From contig JAZDKJ010000004.1 of NCBI GenBank assembly GCA_043803105.1, positions 1-41,856 of the forward strand: a stretch of DNA of 41,856 bases. Reading direction: 5' to 3'. The notes beneath the pieces are model-generated. The model saw only the letters and a list, made by a program, of their open reading frames with translations. It was not told the DNA's origin and made no database searches. The stretch is from Candidatus Woesearchaeota archaeon (GTDB taxonomy: Archaea > Nanobdellota > Nanobdellia > Woesearchaeales > JAZDKJ01). Positions within the stretch are counted from its first letter, which is position 1. Each line of letters begins with the position of its first letter. Both the position numbers and the translations under genes were made by a program. This document shows positions 26,859 to 36,244 of the stretch, piece by piece.

Positions 26859-27368
26859 TTAAAAAGGTTTTGTATAGTTTTTTGTTTTTTCAGTATTCAG
26901 ATATTGCATAAGAGTACCAATCATGTGATTGGCAAAAACAACCTGTTCTGAAGAGAGAGCTGGTGTTTTTTCAAGAAGAACCTGCAAATTAGTTTTCAAT
27001 TGGGCAGAACATTCATTCTTAGCATTTCCGATGGTGTTAACAAGGCTGTCTAAATCAAATAGCCAAGGGTAATCCTTGTCAAATCTGTTTTTAATTTCTT
27101 CGCGTTCAGAATCAGACGGTTGCAGTGCAAGGAGGTAAAGGTTGATTAAAGCCCGATATTTCTTGTTGTTAGCAAATGCACGATAATAGGGATGCACAGA
27201 ACTCTTTATTTCGTTAGCAAACTGAAGCATTGTGCCTTGCCTGTACTTTGGCCAGGCAAAGTGCATGCAGTCTGCAATTTCGCGGGTATTCAGGCCTTTC
27301 TTTCGAGTTAAACGACACAGGTAATTTGAAAACAACTCTGGATTGCAGCGCGCATTATTCAATTCCAT
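26859..27368 (-). CDS. Hypothetical helical protein (no family recognised)
   Basis: 169-aa ORF filling the gap; TATA-like AAATCTTTAAAA ~23 nt upstream. Confidence 0.6.
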   Translation of the reverse strand: MELNNARCNPELFSNYLCRLTRKKGLNTREIADCMHFAWPKYRQGTMLQFANEIKSSVHPYYRAFANNKKYRALINLYLLALQPSDSEREEIKNRFDKDYPWLFDLDSLVNTIGNAKNECSAQLKTNLQVLLEKTPALSSEQVVFANHMIGTLMQYLNTEKTKNYTKPF

Positions 27369-27424
27369 GACAAGGAAATACCAAGTGCACTTTTAAAGAT
27401 TTCCCAAAAAGAAAAAAACCAATC

Positions 27425-27688
27425 CTAGATAATATCCTCTTCAGAAATCACAAGAAAATCACCAATTGCAATAACTGCACTGAATGGGATAAGGATATTG
27501 TTCTCCTTGTCTTTCTCAAGCTCAAGCCTTTCGGTATATTGGGTGGGATTAACAAGGACTATGTGAATCAACTCGCCAGAGCGCGTCTCGAAAATAATGT
27601 CACCAACTTCGCCAAAGCGCTTTCCTCCTTTGCTTACTACAGTCTTTCCGATGAGCTGCTTTGAGAATTTCTTGTCATCATCTACCAT
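27425..27688 (-). CDS. PRC-barrel protein (CdpB-like candidate)
   Basis: SKQLIGKTVVSKGGKRFGEVGDIIFETRSGEL..ILIPFSAVIAIGDFLVI is a single PRC barrel; SD GAGGGG. Confidence 0.85.
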   Translation of the reverse strand: MVDDDKKFSKQLIGKTVVSKGGKRFGEVGDIIFETRSGELIHIVLVNPTQYTERLELEKDKENNILIPFSAVIAIGDFLVISEEDII

Positions 27689-27820
27689 TTAGTCCCCTCG
27701 TGAGCTTTCTGTATACTGCTTCCAATATTTTCTTAAGTTATATTTAAAACTTTTGTTTTGTATAGACGCAAATCCGACTAGGCAAAAAGCTTTATATATG
27801 GCTTAGGCACAAGTTCGCAT

Positions 27821-28849
27821 ATGGACTTAAATGAGAGATATGAAACAATAAAGAGGAACACTGAAGAGATAGTGACAGACGAAGAGCTAAGGGAACTGCT
27901 CAAAACGAAAAAAAATCCGTCAGTATACCTCGGAACGGCAATTACAGGAAGGCCGCACGTGGCATACTTTGTATGGGTGATAAAACTATCAGACTTTCTT
28001 AAGGCTGGCTTCAAGGTGAAGCTACTCCTGGCAGACATGCACGGAGCGCTTGACAACACACCGTGGGAGCTATTGGACAAGAGATATGAATATTACAGCA
28101 TAGTCATTCCGGCAATGTTTAAGTCAATAGGCGCAGACATACAAAATTTTGAGATAGTAAAAGGCTCAGACTTTGAGAAAAGCGAGAGCTACTTCTTCGA
28201 CCTACTTAAGATGTCAACAATAGTGTCAATACATGACTGCAAGAAGGCAGCATCAGAAGTAGTAAAACAGTCAGACAATCCAAAACTCTCGGGGCTGATC
28301 TATCCTGTAATGCAGGCACTGGATGAAGAATACCTAAAGGTAGACATACAATATGGCGGAGCAGACCAAAGAAAGATATTCATGTTCGCGAGGGAAAACC
28401 ATCCGAAAATGGGATACAAGAGAAGAGTGGAGGTAATGACCCCATTAATCCCTGGCCTCATAGGAGAAAAAATGAGCGCATCAGTGGAGGAATCAAAGAT
28501 TGACCTCATGGACAGCACAGAGACCATAACAAGAAAGCTAAACAAGGCATACTGCCCTGAAGGAATAGTGGAAGGCAATGGGATAATGGCATTTCTCAGG
28601 TATGTGATAATGGTGATCAAACAAGACAGAAAAGAAAATTTCATTATAGAAAGGCCACAAAAATGGGGTGGCAATGCAAGCTATAAAACATACGAAGAAA
28701 TAGAAAAAGATTACATTGACAAAAAAATACACCCTCAAGACCTAAAGAACTCGCTTGCAATGGAAATCAACAAGCTAGTGGCACCGGTCAGGCAGGCAAT
28801 GGCAGGAAATGAAAAACTTGTCAAGGAAGCGTATCCTATTTCTGCTTGA
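27821..28849 (+). CDS. tyrS: Tyrosyl-tRNA synthetase
   Basis: VYLGTAITGRPHVAY, LLADMH, IYPVMQALD, GGADQRK, KMSAS, IHPQDLK. Confidence 0.95.
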   Translation: MDLNERYETIKRNTEEIVTDEELRELLKTKKNPSVYLGTAITGRPHVAYFVWVIKLSDFLKAGFKVKLLLADMHGALDNTPWELLDKRYEYYSIVIPAMFKSIGADIQNFEIVKGSDFEKSESYFFDLLKMSTIVSIHDCKKAASEVVKQSDNPKLSGLIYPVMQALDEEYLKVDIQYGGADQRKIFMFARENHPKMGYKRRVEVMTPLIPGLIGEKMSASVEESKIDLMDSTETITRKLNKAYCPEGIVEGNGIMAFLRYVIMVIKQDRKENFIIERPQKWGGNASYKTYEEIEKDYIDKKIHPQDLKNSLAMEINKLVAPVRQAMAGNEKLVKEAYPISA

Positions 28850-30032
28850 CGAGCGCCAAGGAATAACCCTTGCCAAGATATTTTCTTGCAACCCTCTTAA
28901 CATCGGCAATCCTAACACGCCCAATATTTGCCACATAGGCTTTCAAGCCAGTACCCAAACCAAAGTATTCCCATAGGGAAATGGCAACAGCATAGCGTTG
29001 AGGGTCCTCAGTCTCCATTACAAATTCACCTTCTAAAAAATTCTTTGCCTCGGTGAGTTCAGAAGGAGAAATATTGTTCAGACCGCGTATCTCCTGCCGG
29101 ATTATCTGCAGGCATTTAGGCAGGCTCTTCTTATCAGTGTTAAGGTAAACTGCAAAAAATCCATACTTCTTGTCTGACTCATGATGACAGCCAACCTCAT
29201 AAGCCAAGGCCCTCTTGGTTCTTATTTCGTGCACCAGCCTTCCTGAAAGACCCCTGCCAAGCAGTGAGCGCACAACATCAAGGGCGTAACTATCTTTGTT
29301 ACTGCGCGCAACTGTGCGAAAGCCAAACATCAGATATGACTGGGACATGTTCCTCAATACTGTTGATGACCTATTCTTTCTGGCAGGAAATACAAAGGCT
29401 TTTCGCAATGATTTTCTAGCAGGCACCAAACCGGAAAAGAATTTTTTTATGAGAGGTTCTGCTCCCTTGTTAGGACCAACATATGCAACAATCATGTTGT
29501 TCGCAATAAAATTCTTTTTGTAGTAATCCACAATCATTTCTTTAGTGATGGACGCGACAGTGTCAAGAGTGCCACTTATTGGAGAACCTACGGGATGATT
29601 TGGAAAGAGGGTTTTCATGAACAATTCCCACTGGAAGAACCTGGGCTCATCATGCTTCATCCTAATCTCGCTTAGGATTATCTTCCTTTCCTTCTCGATA
29701 TCAACAAAACTTGGATTCTTTAAGATGTCGGAGAGCACATCAAGGGCAGTAGCAAGATGCCGGGGGAGGACCCTCACGTAAAAGCAGATCTCCTCATTGG
29801 TTGTAAAGGCGCCAATCTCTCCGCCGATGCCTTCAATGGCACGGGTGATTTCGATTGCTGACCGAGTCTTCGTGCCTTCAAAGAGAATATGCTCAACAAA
29901 ATGAGAAACACCCTTCTCTTTAGGGGACTCAAAGTTTGAGCCAGTCTTCACTGTAACAAGCACATTCGCAGTATTGGCAGGACGCTTCTCTACAAGCAAG
30001 GTAATCCCATTAGAAAGCAGGCTCTTTTTCAT
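28836..30032 (-). CDS. M16B (pitrilysin-family) zinc peptidase
   Basis: Start moved to MKKSLLSNG. GVSHFVEHILFEGT (HxxEH), EIGAFT, RLVHEIRTKRALAY. Confidence 0.92.
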   Translation of the reverse strand: MKKSLLSNGITLLVEKRPANTANVLVTVKTGSNFESPKEKGVSHFVEHILFEGTKTRSAIEITRAIEGIGGEIGAFTTNEEICFYVRVLPRHLATALDVLSDILKNPSFVDIEKERKIILSEIRMKHDEPRFFQWELFMKTLFPNHPVGSPISGTLDTVASITKEMIVDYYKKNFIANNMIVAYVGPNKGAEPLIKKFFSGLVPARKSLRKAFVFPARKNRSSTVLRNMSQSYLMFGFRTVARSNKDSYALDVVRSLLGRGLSGRLVHEIRTKRALAYEVGCHHESDKKYGFFAVYLNTDKKSLPKCLQIIRQEIRGLNNISPSELTEAKNFLEGEFVMETEDPQRYAVAISLWEYFGLGTGLKAYVANIGRVRIADVKRVARKYLGKGYSLALVKQK

Positions 30033-30076
30033 GATACGAGAATAGTTTATATAGTATAAATAGTTTGCCTTAAGCC

Positions 30077-31105
30077 ATGAAGATAAAGGCGTTCCAGGAA
30101 TACATGAGAGCCCACTCGATAGGATACGCAATACTGTACAACTACAACAATCCAAGGCTGAGAGCAAATTTCTTTTATTTCTCACAATCTGAAGAGGAAG
30201 GGGCAATCATAATACCTAGAGAGGGAGAGCCCAAAAAGATTTCAACGCCTCTGGAAAGCACCAATGGCAAGATTGTATGGAGGAAGGGAAGGTTCTTTGA
30301 CTTCATAAAAGGGCAAGCTGGAAGAACTAAAAGGATAGGGCTTGACAAGGAAAACCTCACATTAAATGCGGTGAGAGCTATCAGAAAGAGCTTCCCGAAA
30401 ACAGAATTGGTAAACGTAACACAAGAATGCCTGAAATTACGGAAGACCAAGACAGAGGAAGAGATTGAACTAATCAAAAAAGCATGCAAGGCAAGCGAGA
30501 AAATCATAGAAGAATGCATACAAGAGTTCAGAAGCTTCAAAACAGAGACAGAGGCCAAAAAATTCCTTCTAACGAGGGCGATTGAAGAAGACAGCGAGAC
30601 AGCATTTGAACCTGTTGTGGCAACAGGAAAAAACGCTTCAATACCACACCATAAGCCGGATAACACCAAAATAGGAAAGGGATTTGCCATAATAGATTTT
30701 GGAGTAAAACACAAAGGGTATTGTGCAGACCTGACAAGGACAATATTTGTCGGCAGCCCAAACAGCAGGGAAAAAAAGCTCTTTGAACTTGTGCAAAAAA
30801 CACAGGAAGATGCAATCAGACTGATAAGGCCTGCTCTCTTGGCTGGGAAAATGCAGGAAACTGGAAAAAAGATGCTCGGAAAAAAACTTATTCACGCAAT
30901 AGGCCACGGGGTTGGAGTAGATGTGCATGAGGGTCCGGCAATAACAGAAAACAACAGCGAGCGACTTCAAAAGGGAATGATACTGTGCGTAGAGCCAGGC
31001 TACTACATAAGAAATCAGCTTGGAATAAGGATAGAGGATATGGTCTTAGTCACGGACAACGGCTATAAAAGAATATCAAGGCAAAGCGAACTATTCATAG
31101 TTTAA
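30077..31105 (+). CDS. M24B Xaa-Pro aminopeptidase/prolidase
   Basis: IPHH, IDFG..GYCADLTRT, HAIGHGVGVDVHE, VEPGYY, GIRIEDMV. Confidence 0.93.
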   Translation: MKIKAFQEYMRAHSIGYAILYNYNNPRLRANFFYFSQSEEEGAIIIPREGEPKKISTPLESTNGKIVWRKGRFFDFIKGQAGRTKRIGLDKENLTLNAVRAIRKSFPKTELVNVTQECLKLRKTKTEEEIELIKKACKASEKIIEECIQEFRSFKTETEAKKFLLTRAIEEDSETAFEPVVATGKNASIPHHKPDNTKIGKGFAIIDFGVKHKGYCADLTRTIFVGSPNSREKKLFELVQKTQEDAIRLIRPALLAGKMQETGKKMLGKKLIHAIGHGVGVDVHEGPAITENNSERLQKGMILCVEPGYYIRNQLGIRIEDMVLVTDNGYKRISRQSELFIV

Positions 31106-32168
31106 TAGTAAATTTGCCATTCTTCTGCAAAAGAAAATCATCCACCCAGACCTCACCACCATATCGCAGATCCTTTACCATATCCCAATGCAATGCAGAC
31201 TCATTCCTGCCACCGCCTTCCTTGTAAGCCATTCCGAGAGCCAAGTGAATAGTCCCACCCATCTTTTCATCAAACAAAATCTGTTTTGTAAACTTGGGGA
31301 TCAAGTAGTTTGTTCCAATGCCAAACTCTCCAACATAGCTTGATCCCTTGTCCATTGCCAGCATGGCAGAAAGGTAAGCCAGGTTCTTTGTTGCAGAATG
31401 TCTTATCACCTTGCCTTTCTTGAAGCTAAGCCGCACTCCGTCAACCTCTACATCATCCTTTATTGTCGGATAACTGTAGTAAATACTACCCTCGACGGTC
31501 TTCTCCTGCGGAGCAATGAAAACCTCGCCATCAGGCATGTTATGATGGCCGTCGGCCTTAATAGCAGTCCTGCCCTTGATGGAGAAGCGCACATCAGTCT
31601 CCTCTCCCAGAATCCTCACAAAAGAACCTTTGTCAAGAATCGCCTTTATCTTGTCTTGTTTTTTGGACTCTTTTTGCCAGTCCTGGTTTGTGGCTGTAAA
31701 CAAGAAATCCTCAAACTCAACAAGTGACATCTCAGCATCCTGGGCAAGCGAGTAAGCAGGGTAGTCACAACCGACCCAATTATTGGTCTTAAGAATGACA
31801 TTGGAAATCTTCCTCACAACCATACTTCTTAACACAACCCTTTGAGGGTCAATATTTGAGAACTCGCGGCTATTGTAATTCCCACCAATGGAGATTGAAC
31901 CGTTGACATGTCTTGCCTCATACATAGTTATACTTGGAAAAGACTTGAGCTGAACAAGACTAGCATGCTTAAAGAAGGCGTAGGAAAACCCAGGAACAAT
32001 AGCCTCAACCCTTGGAAGCGCGCCCTTTTTGACAATCAACCTGTAAACCTCAAGAGCGAGCTCTCTTGCCTCAACACCAAAGTTAATCTTGATGACATCA
32101 CCCTTGCGAACCCTTATTGAATGATTAACAAGAATGTCAGCCAATCTAGCAACTCTATCGTCGACCAT
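31095..32168 (-). CDS. M29 aminopeptidase (AmpS/AmpT type)
   Basis: Start MVDDRV. LAQDAEMS, NMPDGEVF, GEFGIG, LFDEKMGGTIHLALG, NESALHWDM. Confidence 0.93.
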   Translation of the reverse strand: MVDDRVARLADILVNHSIRVRKGDVIKINFGVEARELALEVYRLIVKKGALPRVEAIVPGFSYAFFKHASLVQLKSFPSITMYEARHVNGSISIGGNYNSREFSNIDPQRVVLRSMVVRKISNVILKTNNWVGCDYPAYSLAQDAEMSLVEFEDFLFTATNQDWQKESKKQDKIKAILDKGSFVRILGEETDVRFSIKGRTAIKADGHHNMPDGEVFIAPQEKTVEGSIYYSYPTIKDDVEVDGVRLSFKKGKVIRHSATKNLAYLSAMLAMDKGSSYVGEFGIGTNYLIPKFTKQILFDEKMGGTIHLALGMAYKEGGGRNESALHWDMVKDLRYGGEVWVDDFLLQKNGKFTIKL

Positions 32169-32255
32169 TTGCAATGGAAGCAAAAAAGCTTATTTAAATG
32201 TTGCCAAAAGCGTTACGTAAAGCTTTATAAACACGTAAGAATTTCTAGAAAAAGG

Positions 32256-33395
32256 ATGACAGTGAACAACAAGGCTGACAGAGGTGTTATTTACGGATAC
32301 GCTGCCGATGTGCCACAGCTTGAAGAAGAAAACCGAATTCTAAAGGAAACGCTTGACAACCTGAGAAGCGAGATAAACAGGATAAAGAGCTGCCCGCTCA
32401 TGGTGTGCGAGGTCAGAGAGGTGCATGGGAAGACAGCAGTCATAAGAATACCAAACGGAAGCCTGTTCATGGTAAACATAGCAGATGGATGCGAAAAAAT
32501 ATTCGCAGGAGACACTGTGCTGGCGGAACAAAAAAACCTCACAGTGCTAAGGAAGATCCCGAGCAACAAATACTTTGACGTTGAAAAATATGTCATCATA
32601 GAAAAACCAAACATCGTATGGGAAGATGTTGGCGGGCTCGAGAAGCAGATGGAAGAGATAAAAGAGGTAATCGAGCTACCGCTAAAAAAACCAGAGCTAT
32701 TCAAAAAAGTCGGAATAAAGCCTCCAAAGGGAATACTGCTGCACGGGCCATCAGGCACAGGAAAAACACTGCTTGCAAAGGCAGTGGCGTCAAGCACCAA
32801 CTCCACATTCATCCAGGTTGTGGGCAGTGAACTTGTCCAAAAGTTCATAGGCGAAGGAGCAAAGCTTGTCAAAGAAATATTCCAACTGGCAAGAGAAAAA
32901 GCACCGTCAATCATATTCATAGATGAACTAGACTCGCTAGCAGCAACAAGAATCGACCTTGGAACATCAGGAGAAAGAGAGGTACAGAGAACATTCATGC
33001 AGCTATTGGCTGAAATAGACGGCTTCAAGCATTTGGGAGATGTCAAGATAATCGGATGCACAAACAGGAAAGACATACTCGATCCTGCAATACTAAGGCC
33101 TGGAAGGCTTGATCGGCTAATAGAGGTTCCATTGCCAAACGAAGAGGCAAGGACAGACATTTTCAACATTCATACAAGGAACATGACCATGGAAAGCGAT
33201 GTAAATCCCACAGAGATTATCACAAAAATGAAAGAGTTCTCAGGGGCAGAGATAAACGCAGTATGCACAGAGGCAGGGTATTTTGCAATACGGGAAAACA
33301 GGACAAAGATAAAACACAGAGACTTTGTAAAGGCAACAGAAAAGGTAAGCCAGAAAGAACATAAAGACATGAATTATGTGTCGATGTTCGGATAA
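32256..33395 (+). CDS. pan: Proteasome-activating nucleotidase
   Basis: Start MTVNNK after TATA AGCTTTATAAA. Coiled coil/OB, PPKGILLHGPSGTGKT, IFIDELD, DPAILRPGRLDR, C-terminal MFG. Confidence 0.95.
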   Translation: MTVNNKADRGVIYGYAADVPQLEEENRILKETLDNLRSEINRIKSCPLMVCEVREVHGKTAVIRIPNGSLFMVNIADGCEKIFAGDTVLAEQKNLTVLRKIPSNKYFDVEKYVIIEKPNIVWEDVGGLEKQMEEIKEVIELPLKKPELFKKVGIKPPKGILLHGPSGTGKTLLAKAVASSTNSTFIQVVGSELVQKFIGEGAKLVKEIFQLAREKAPSIIFIDELDSLAATRIDLGTSGEREVQRTFMQLLAEIDGFKHLGDVKIIGCTNRKDILDPAILRPGRLDRLIEVPLPNEEARTDIFNIHTRNMTMESDVNPTEIITKMKEFSGAEINAVCTEAGYFAIRENRTKIKHRDFVKATEKVSQKEHKDMNYVSMFG

Positions 33396-33636
33396 AATTT
33401 AATTCTGCAGCTTTAATTATTCAATAAGCAATACAGCACAGTTATATCTCTTCCTTTGATATTCTTTGCTGTATCGCTTGGACCATACTTCTGTTGTGAG
33501 TCTCGCAAGAAACAAACGAATAAGATAAAGCGTGCTCGTAAGTTACTTCCGTTCTTCATTGGCATGGCCTCAGCGGGTGTTCACTAACTCATCGCACGCA
33601 GAGCACAATAAGACAGAGAGCTATTTAAAGATGAGC

Positions 33637-34308
33637 CTAAAGCAAGCCAGATGACTTTGAATAGGCAGGAAACACTGCCTTCCAGAACAAAGCGAGATTC
33701 TGTACTGTAGTCAGTGGCACGATCCTTGCCAGCTCAATATTCTTGTCTGGATGCATCTGGTCAAAAACCTTCTCATAGTCAGGCTTTTCATTAGAATTAA
33801 TTGTCACAGAAAGTTTATTGTTTGTATTTTGGGCATGCAAATACAGTCCATTAACCCTGCAGGCAAGAGTCTCCTCATGGAATGGTTTTCTAGAAAACAG
33901 CTCATGAAGTTTATCCTGGAGCATTCCAGGTTTTTCTTCAAACAATCCAGGCAAGAGATTTGGGTTGATTGCATAAAGACCACAAAAGGTTGCGAAATCC
34001 CTTTCGCTCGAAAAAAACGACTTGGTGTAATAAATTGAAGTGACTGTCAATCCGTTCCGGTAATTCCTATCATGACGAAGATTTGGAAGAAACAGAGGAA
34101 AAGAATCCTTGTCTTTATCATTAAGGGCTTTTGGTGCCTGCAGGACTACAGAGACTGGATAGTCAGGAACCTTAAGTTTTGAAGCAGTATCTAACGCCAA
34201 TTTGTGCAGCTCGGTGCAATGACACATGTAAAAACGCTCTGGTTCCATATGAAGAGCCACTGGAACTTTCTGCCCATTTTTACTGATAAAATCCTTAGAT
34301 ACCTTCAT
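33637..34308 (-). CDS. Hypothetical protein (no family recognised)
   Basis: Likely start MKVSKD after AGGTAGGTG SD; ~223 aa; TATA-like CTTTTTAAAG upstream. Confidence 0.65.
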   Translation of the reverse strand: MKVSKDFISKNGQKVPVALHMEPERFYMCHCTELHKLALDTASKLKVPDYPVSVVLQAPKALNDKDKDSFPLFLPNLRHDRNYRNGLTVTSIYYTKSFFSSERDFATFCGLYAINPNLLPGLFEEKPGMLQDKLHELFSRKPFHEETLACRVNGLYLHAQNTNNKLSVTINSNEKPDYEKVFDQMHPDKNIELARIVPLTTVQNLALFWKAVFPAYSKSSGLL

Positions 34309-34387
34309 GACACCTACCTTAAATAATTGTAAAAAAGTAAGTTGCATGAAACTTTAAAAAGCTTATCCAAAAAGCAGTATGGACAGC

Positions 34388-35221
34388 CTAGGTTATTCTG
34401 GAGTCAACACAAATCCTGAAAATCCTAGGAGAGAACTGGCCGCATTTGACAGTGCGCAGAATTGTGCATTTTCTCTTCAACTTCCTGCAGGCAGAGCGAA
34501 TCTTGTCAGCTGCAAGCGGGAAATCAGGCTCAGCCAAAAAATCATAAAAGTGCAGAACACCATTGCGCTTAACACAAGGAATGGCAACCGAAAGAAAATC
34601 CTCTGCGCCCTTTGGTAGGGGCATAAGCACGCGGTCAAATCTCAGACCAAGCGCTGGGATAATAGACTTGACATCACCCCTCTTAAGGATTACATTGGAG
34701 AGCTTGTTTAGCTTGAGATTCTCGAGAGCATACTTATGTGCCACTGGATTTTTTTCTACGCCATAAACCGCCTTGGCCTTTGAATTCTTTGCTATCACCA
34801 AGAGATAAGGGGCAACGCCGGAGAACATAACAAGAACTGTCTCATTTGGTTGAACTAGCCTTGCAACCCTTAATCTTTCGTTGCCCAGCCTTGGTGAAAA
34901 ATAACATTTCTCGACATCAAGCTTCATCAGGCAATTGTTCTCCTTGTAGACAGTCTCTTTTCTTTTCTCGCCCGCGATGATCGCAAGCTTTGGGGTGCGG
35001 TAGACTCCAGAATACTTTCTTGTCTTAACGCAAACAACCTTGACTTGCCTATACAACTTGAGGAGAGCCTTACCAACAAGCTTCTTTTTTTTTGACAATT
35101 CTTTTGGAAAATCAGCAAAGATCAATATATCGCCGACAAGATCAAATGATGAGGGGAGGACAGACAATTCTTTTGACGACAATTTCCATTTGAGTGATTC
35201 TTTTAGACCCGGCATTTTCAA
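34388..35221 (-). CDS. Trm5/TYW2 (Met-10+-like) SAM-dependent tRNA G37 modification enzyme
   Basis: SFDLVGDI, ETVYKENNC, YFSPRLGNER, VMFSGVAPY, EKNP, RVLMPLP, GVLHFY; lacks the N-terminal D1 domain. Confidence 0.88.
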   Translation of the reverse strand: MKMPGLKESLKWKLSSKELSVLPSSFDLVGDILIFADFPKELSKKKKLVGKALLKLYRQVKVVCVKTRKYSGVYRTPKLAIIAGEKRKETVYKENNCLMKLDVEKCYFSPRLGNERLRVARLVQPNETVLVMFSGVAPYLLVIAKNSKAKAVYGVEKNPVAHKYALENLKLNKLSNVILKRGDVKSIIPALGLRFDRVLMPLPKGAEDFLSVAIPCVKRNGVLHFYDFLAEPDFPLAADKIRSACRKLKRKCTILRTVKCGQFSPRIFRICVDSRIT

Positions 35222-36243
35222 AAAAAGTCAGACAGGCCTTTCTGCTGCTTACCCTTAAGGTTCTTAAGCGAGGAATTCACTCTTTCTTCAGAGAAATTGT
35301 GCTCAGTGACGAGCAGCTCCTTTATCCTGGATTCAGTTGGTTCGCTCCACTTTAGCACATAGTTGTCAGTTATCGGGATGTTCTTTACAGTGTCAAAAAC
35401 CTTTTTCCAAGGCAGATTTGGAAAAGAACTGTCCCAACCTGCAACAGAGAACAATACGTCAAAATCATTGCCGTGCTCCTTCACCAGCTTCAAGGCACCC
35501 TTTTGGCCTATGCCCTTAATGCCTCCGGTGTTGTAATCAGTACCAACAATCATGCAAAGAGCAACAAGCTGGTCTTGAGTAATGCCTAGAGCAGACAGGG
35601 TGCTGGAGAGCTCAACAAGCTCGGGCTTAAATGACTGAAAACCAAGCTTGCCAGCCATCTTCTTCTTCCCAGAAAGCGAAAGATTGCGGACAATCTTTGC
35701 TGCACCAAACATAAGTGCATCAGCGTCTTGCGTTGCAACAGCAAAGGCATGCTTTTTGTTCACAATATAGGCTGCTTGGGCCTCAGCCTCTGAAGGGGCC
35801 TCTACAACAGGTATGCCTAAAGCAGAGAGGAGATCCTTGGATTCTGCAATCATCTCCTTGGTAAGTCTAGAGGTCCGGCCTGCAAACTTTCTCATCTCTT
35901 CTACGTCTTCTCTTGCAACAGCTTGTTCATACTGAGCAGCAGCATGCTCCTTTAGCTCATGCCTATGGGCCTGCTCATGCTGCTTTAGCAAAGGCGGAGT
36001 GCCGTCGAAAACATAAAGGGGCAGAATACCAAACTGCATCAATTTAGTAGTACGTGAAAAAAGGCCTATAAGGTGAGATGTAACCCTTCCCTTAGAGTCC
36101 TTTAGCGGAGTACCGTCAGGCTGCCGAATCGTTGTCAGGAACTGGTACAAAAACAGGGAAGCGTCAATTGCAACAGCCTTGCCTGAAAGGAGAGAAAAAT
36201 CAATCTCCCTGCAAGGCACAAGCTCGGTAATCTTTACACCCAT
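35218..36243 (-). CDS. fen1: Flap endonuclease 1
   Basis: MGVKI, AIDA..LYQFL, TSHL, YVFDG, APSEAEAQ, QDAD, GTDYN, PIP box QKGLSDFF. Confidence 0.97.
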   Translation of the reverse strand: MGVKITELVPCREIDFSLLSGKAVAIDASLFLYQFLTTIRQPDGTPLKDSKGRVTSHLIGLFSRTTKLMQFGILPLYVFDGTPPLLKQHEQAHRHELKEHAAAQYEQAVAREDVEEMRKFAGRTSRLTKEMIAESKDLLSALGIPVVEAPSEAEAQAAYIVNKKHAFAVATQDADALMFGAAKIVRNLSLSGKKKMAGKLGFQSFKPELVELSSTLSALGITQDQLVALCMIVGTDYNTGGIKGIGQKGALKLVKEHGNDFDVLFSVAGWDSSFPNLPWKKVFDTVKNIPITDNYVLKWSEPTESRIKELLVTEHNFSEERVNSSLKNLKGKQQKGLSDFF

Positions 36244-36244
36244 C

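Noticed and set aside
30033-30206. Extension of the M16 peptidase
   Set aside because: Crosses the divergent promoter and the M24 gene; the M16 fold starts at MKKSLLSNG.
32121-32255. Upstream extension of PAN
   Set aside because: Overlaps the M29 start and contains both TATA boxes.
32291-33169. 292-aa antisense ORF inside pan
   Set aside because: Ser/Phe-rich mirror of a conserved AAA+ gene, expected from codon skew; no motifs.
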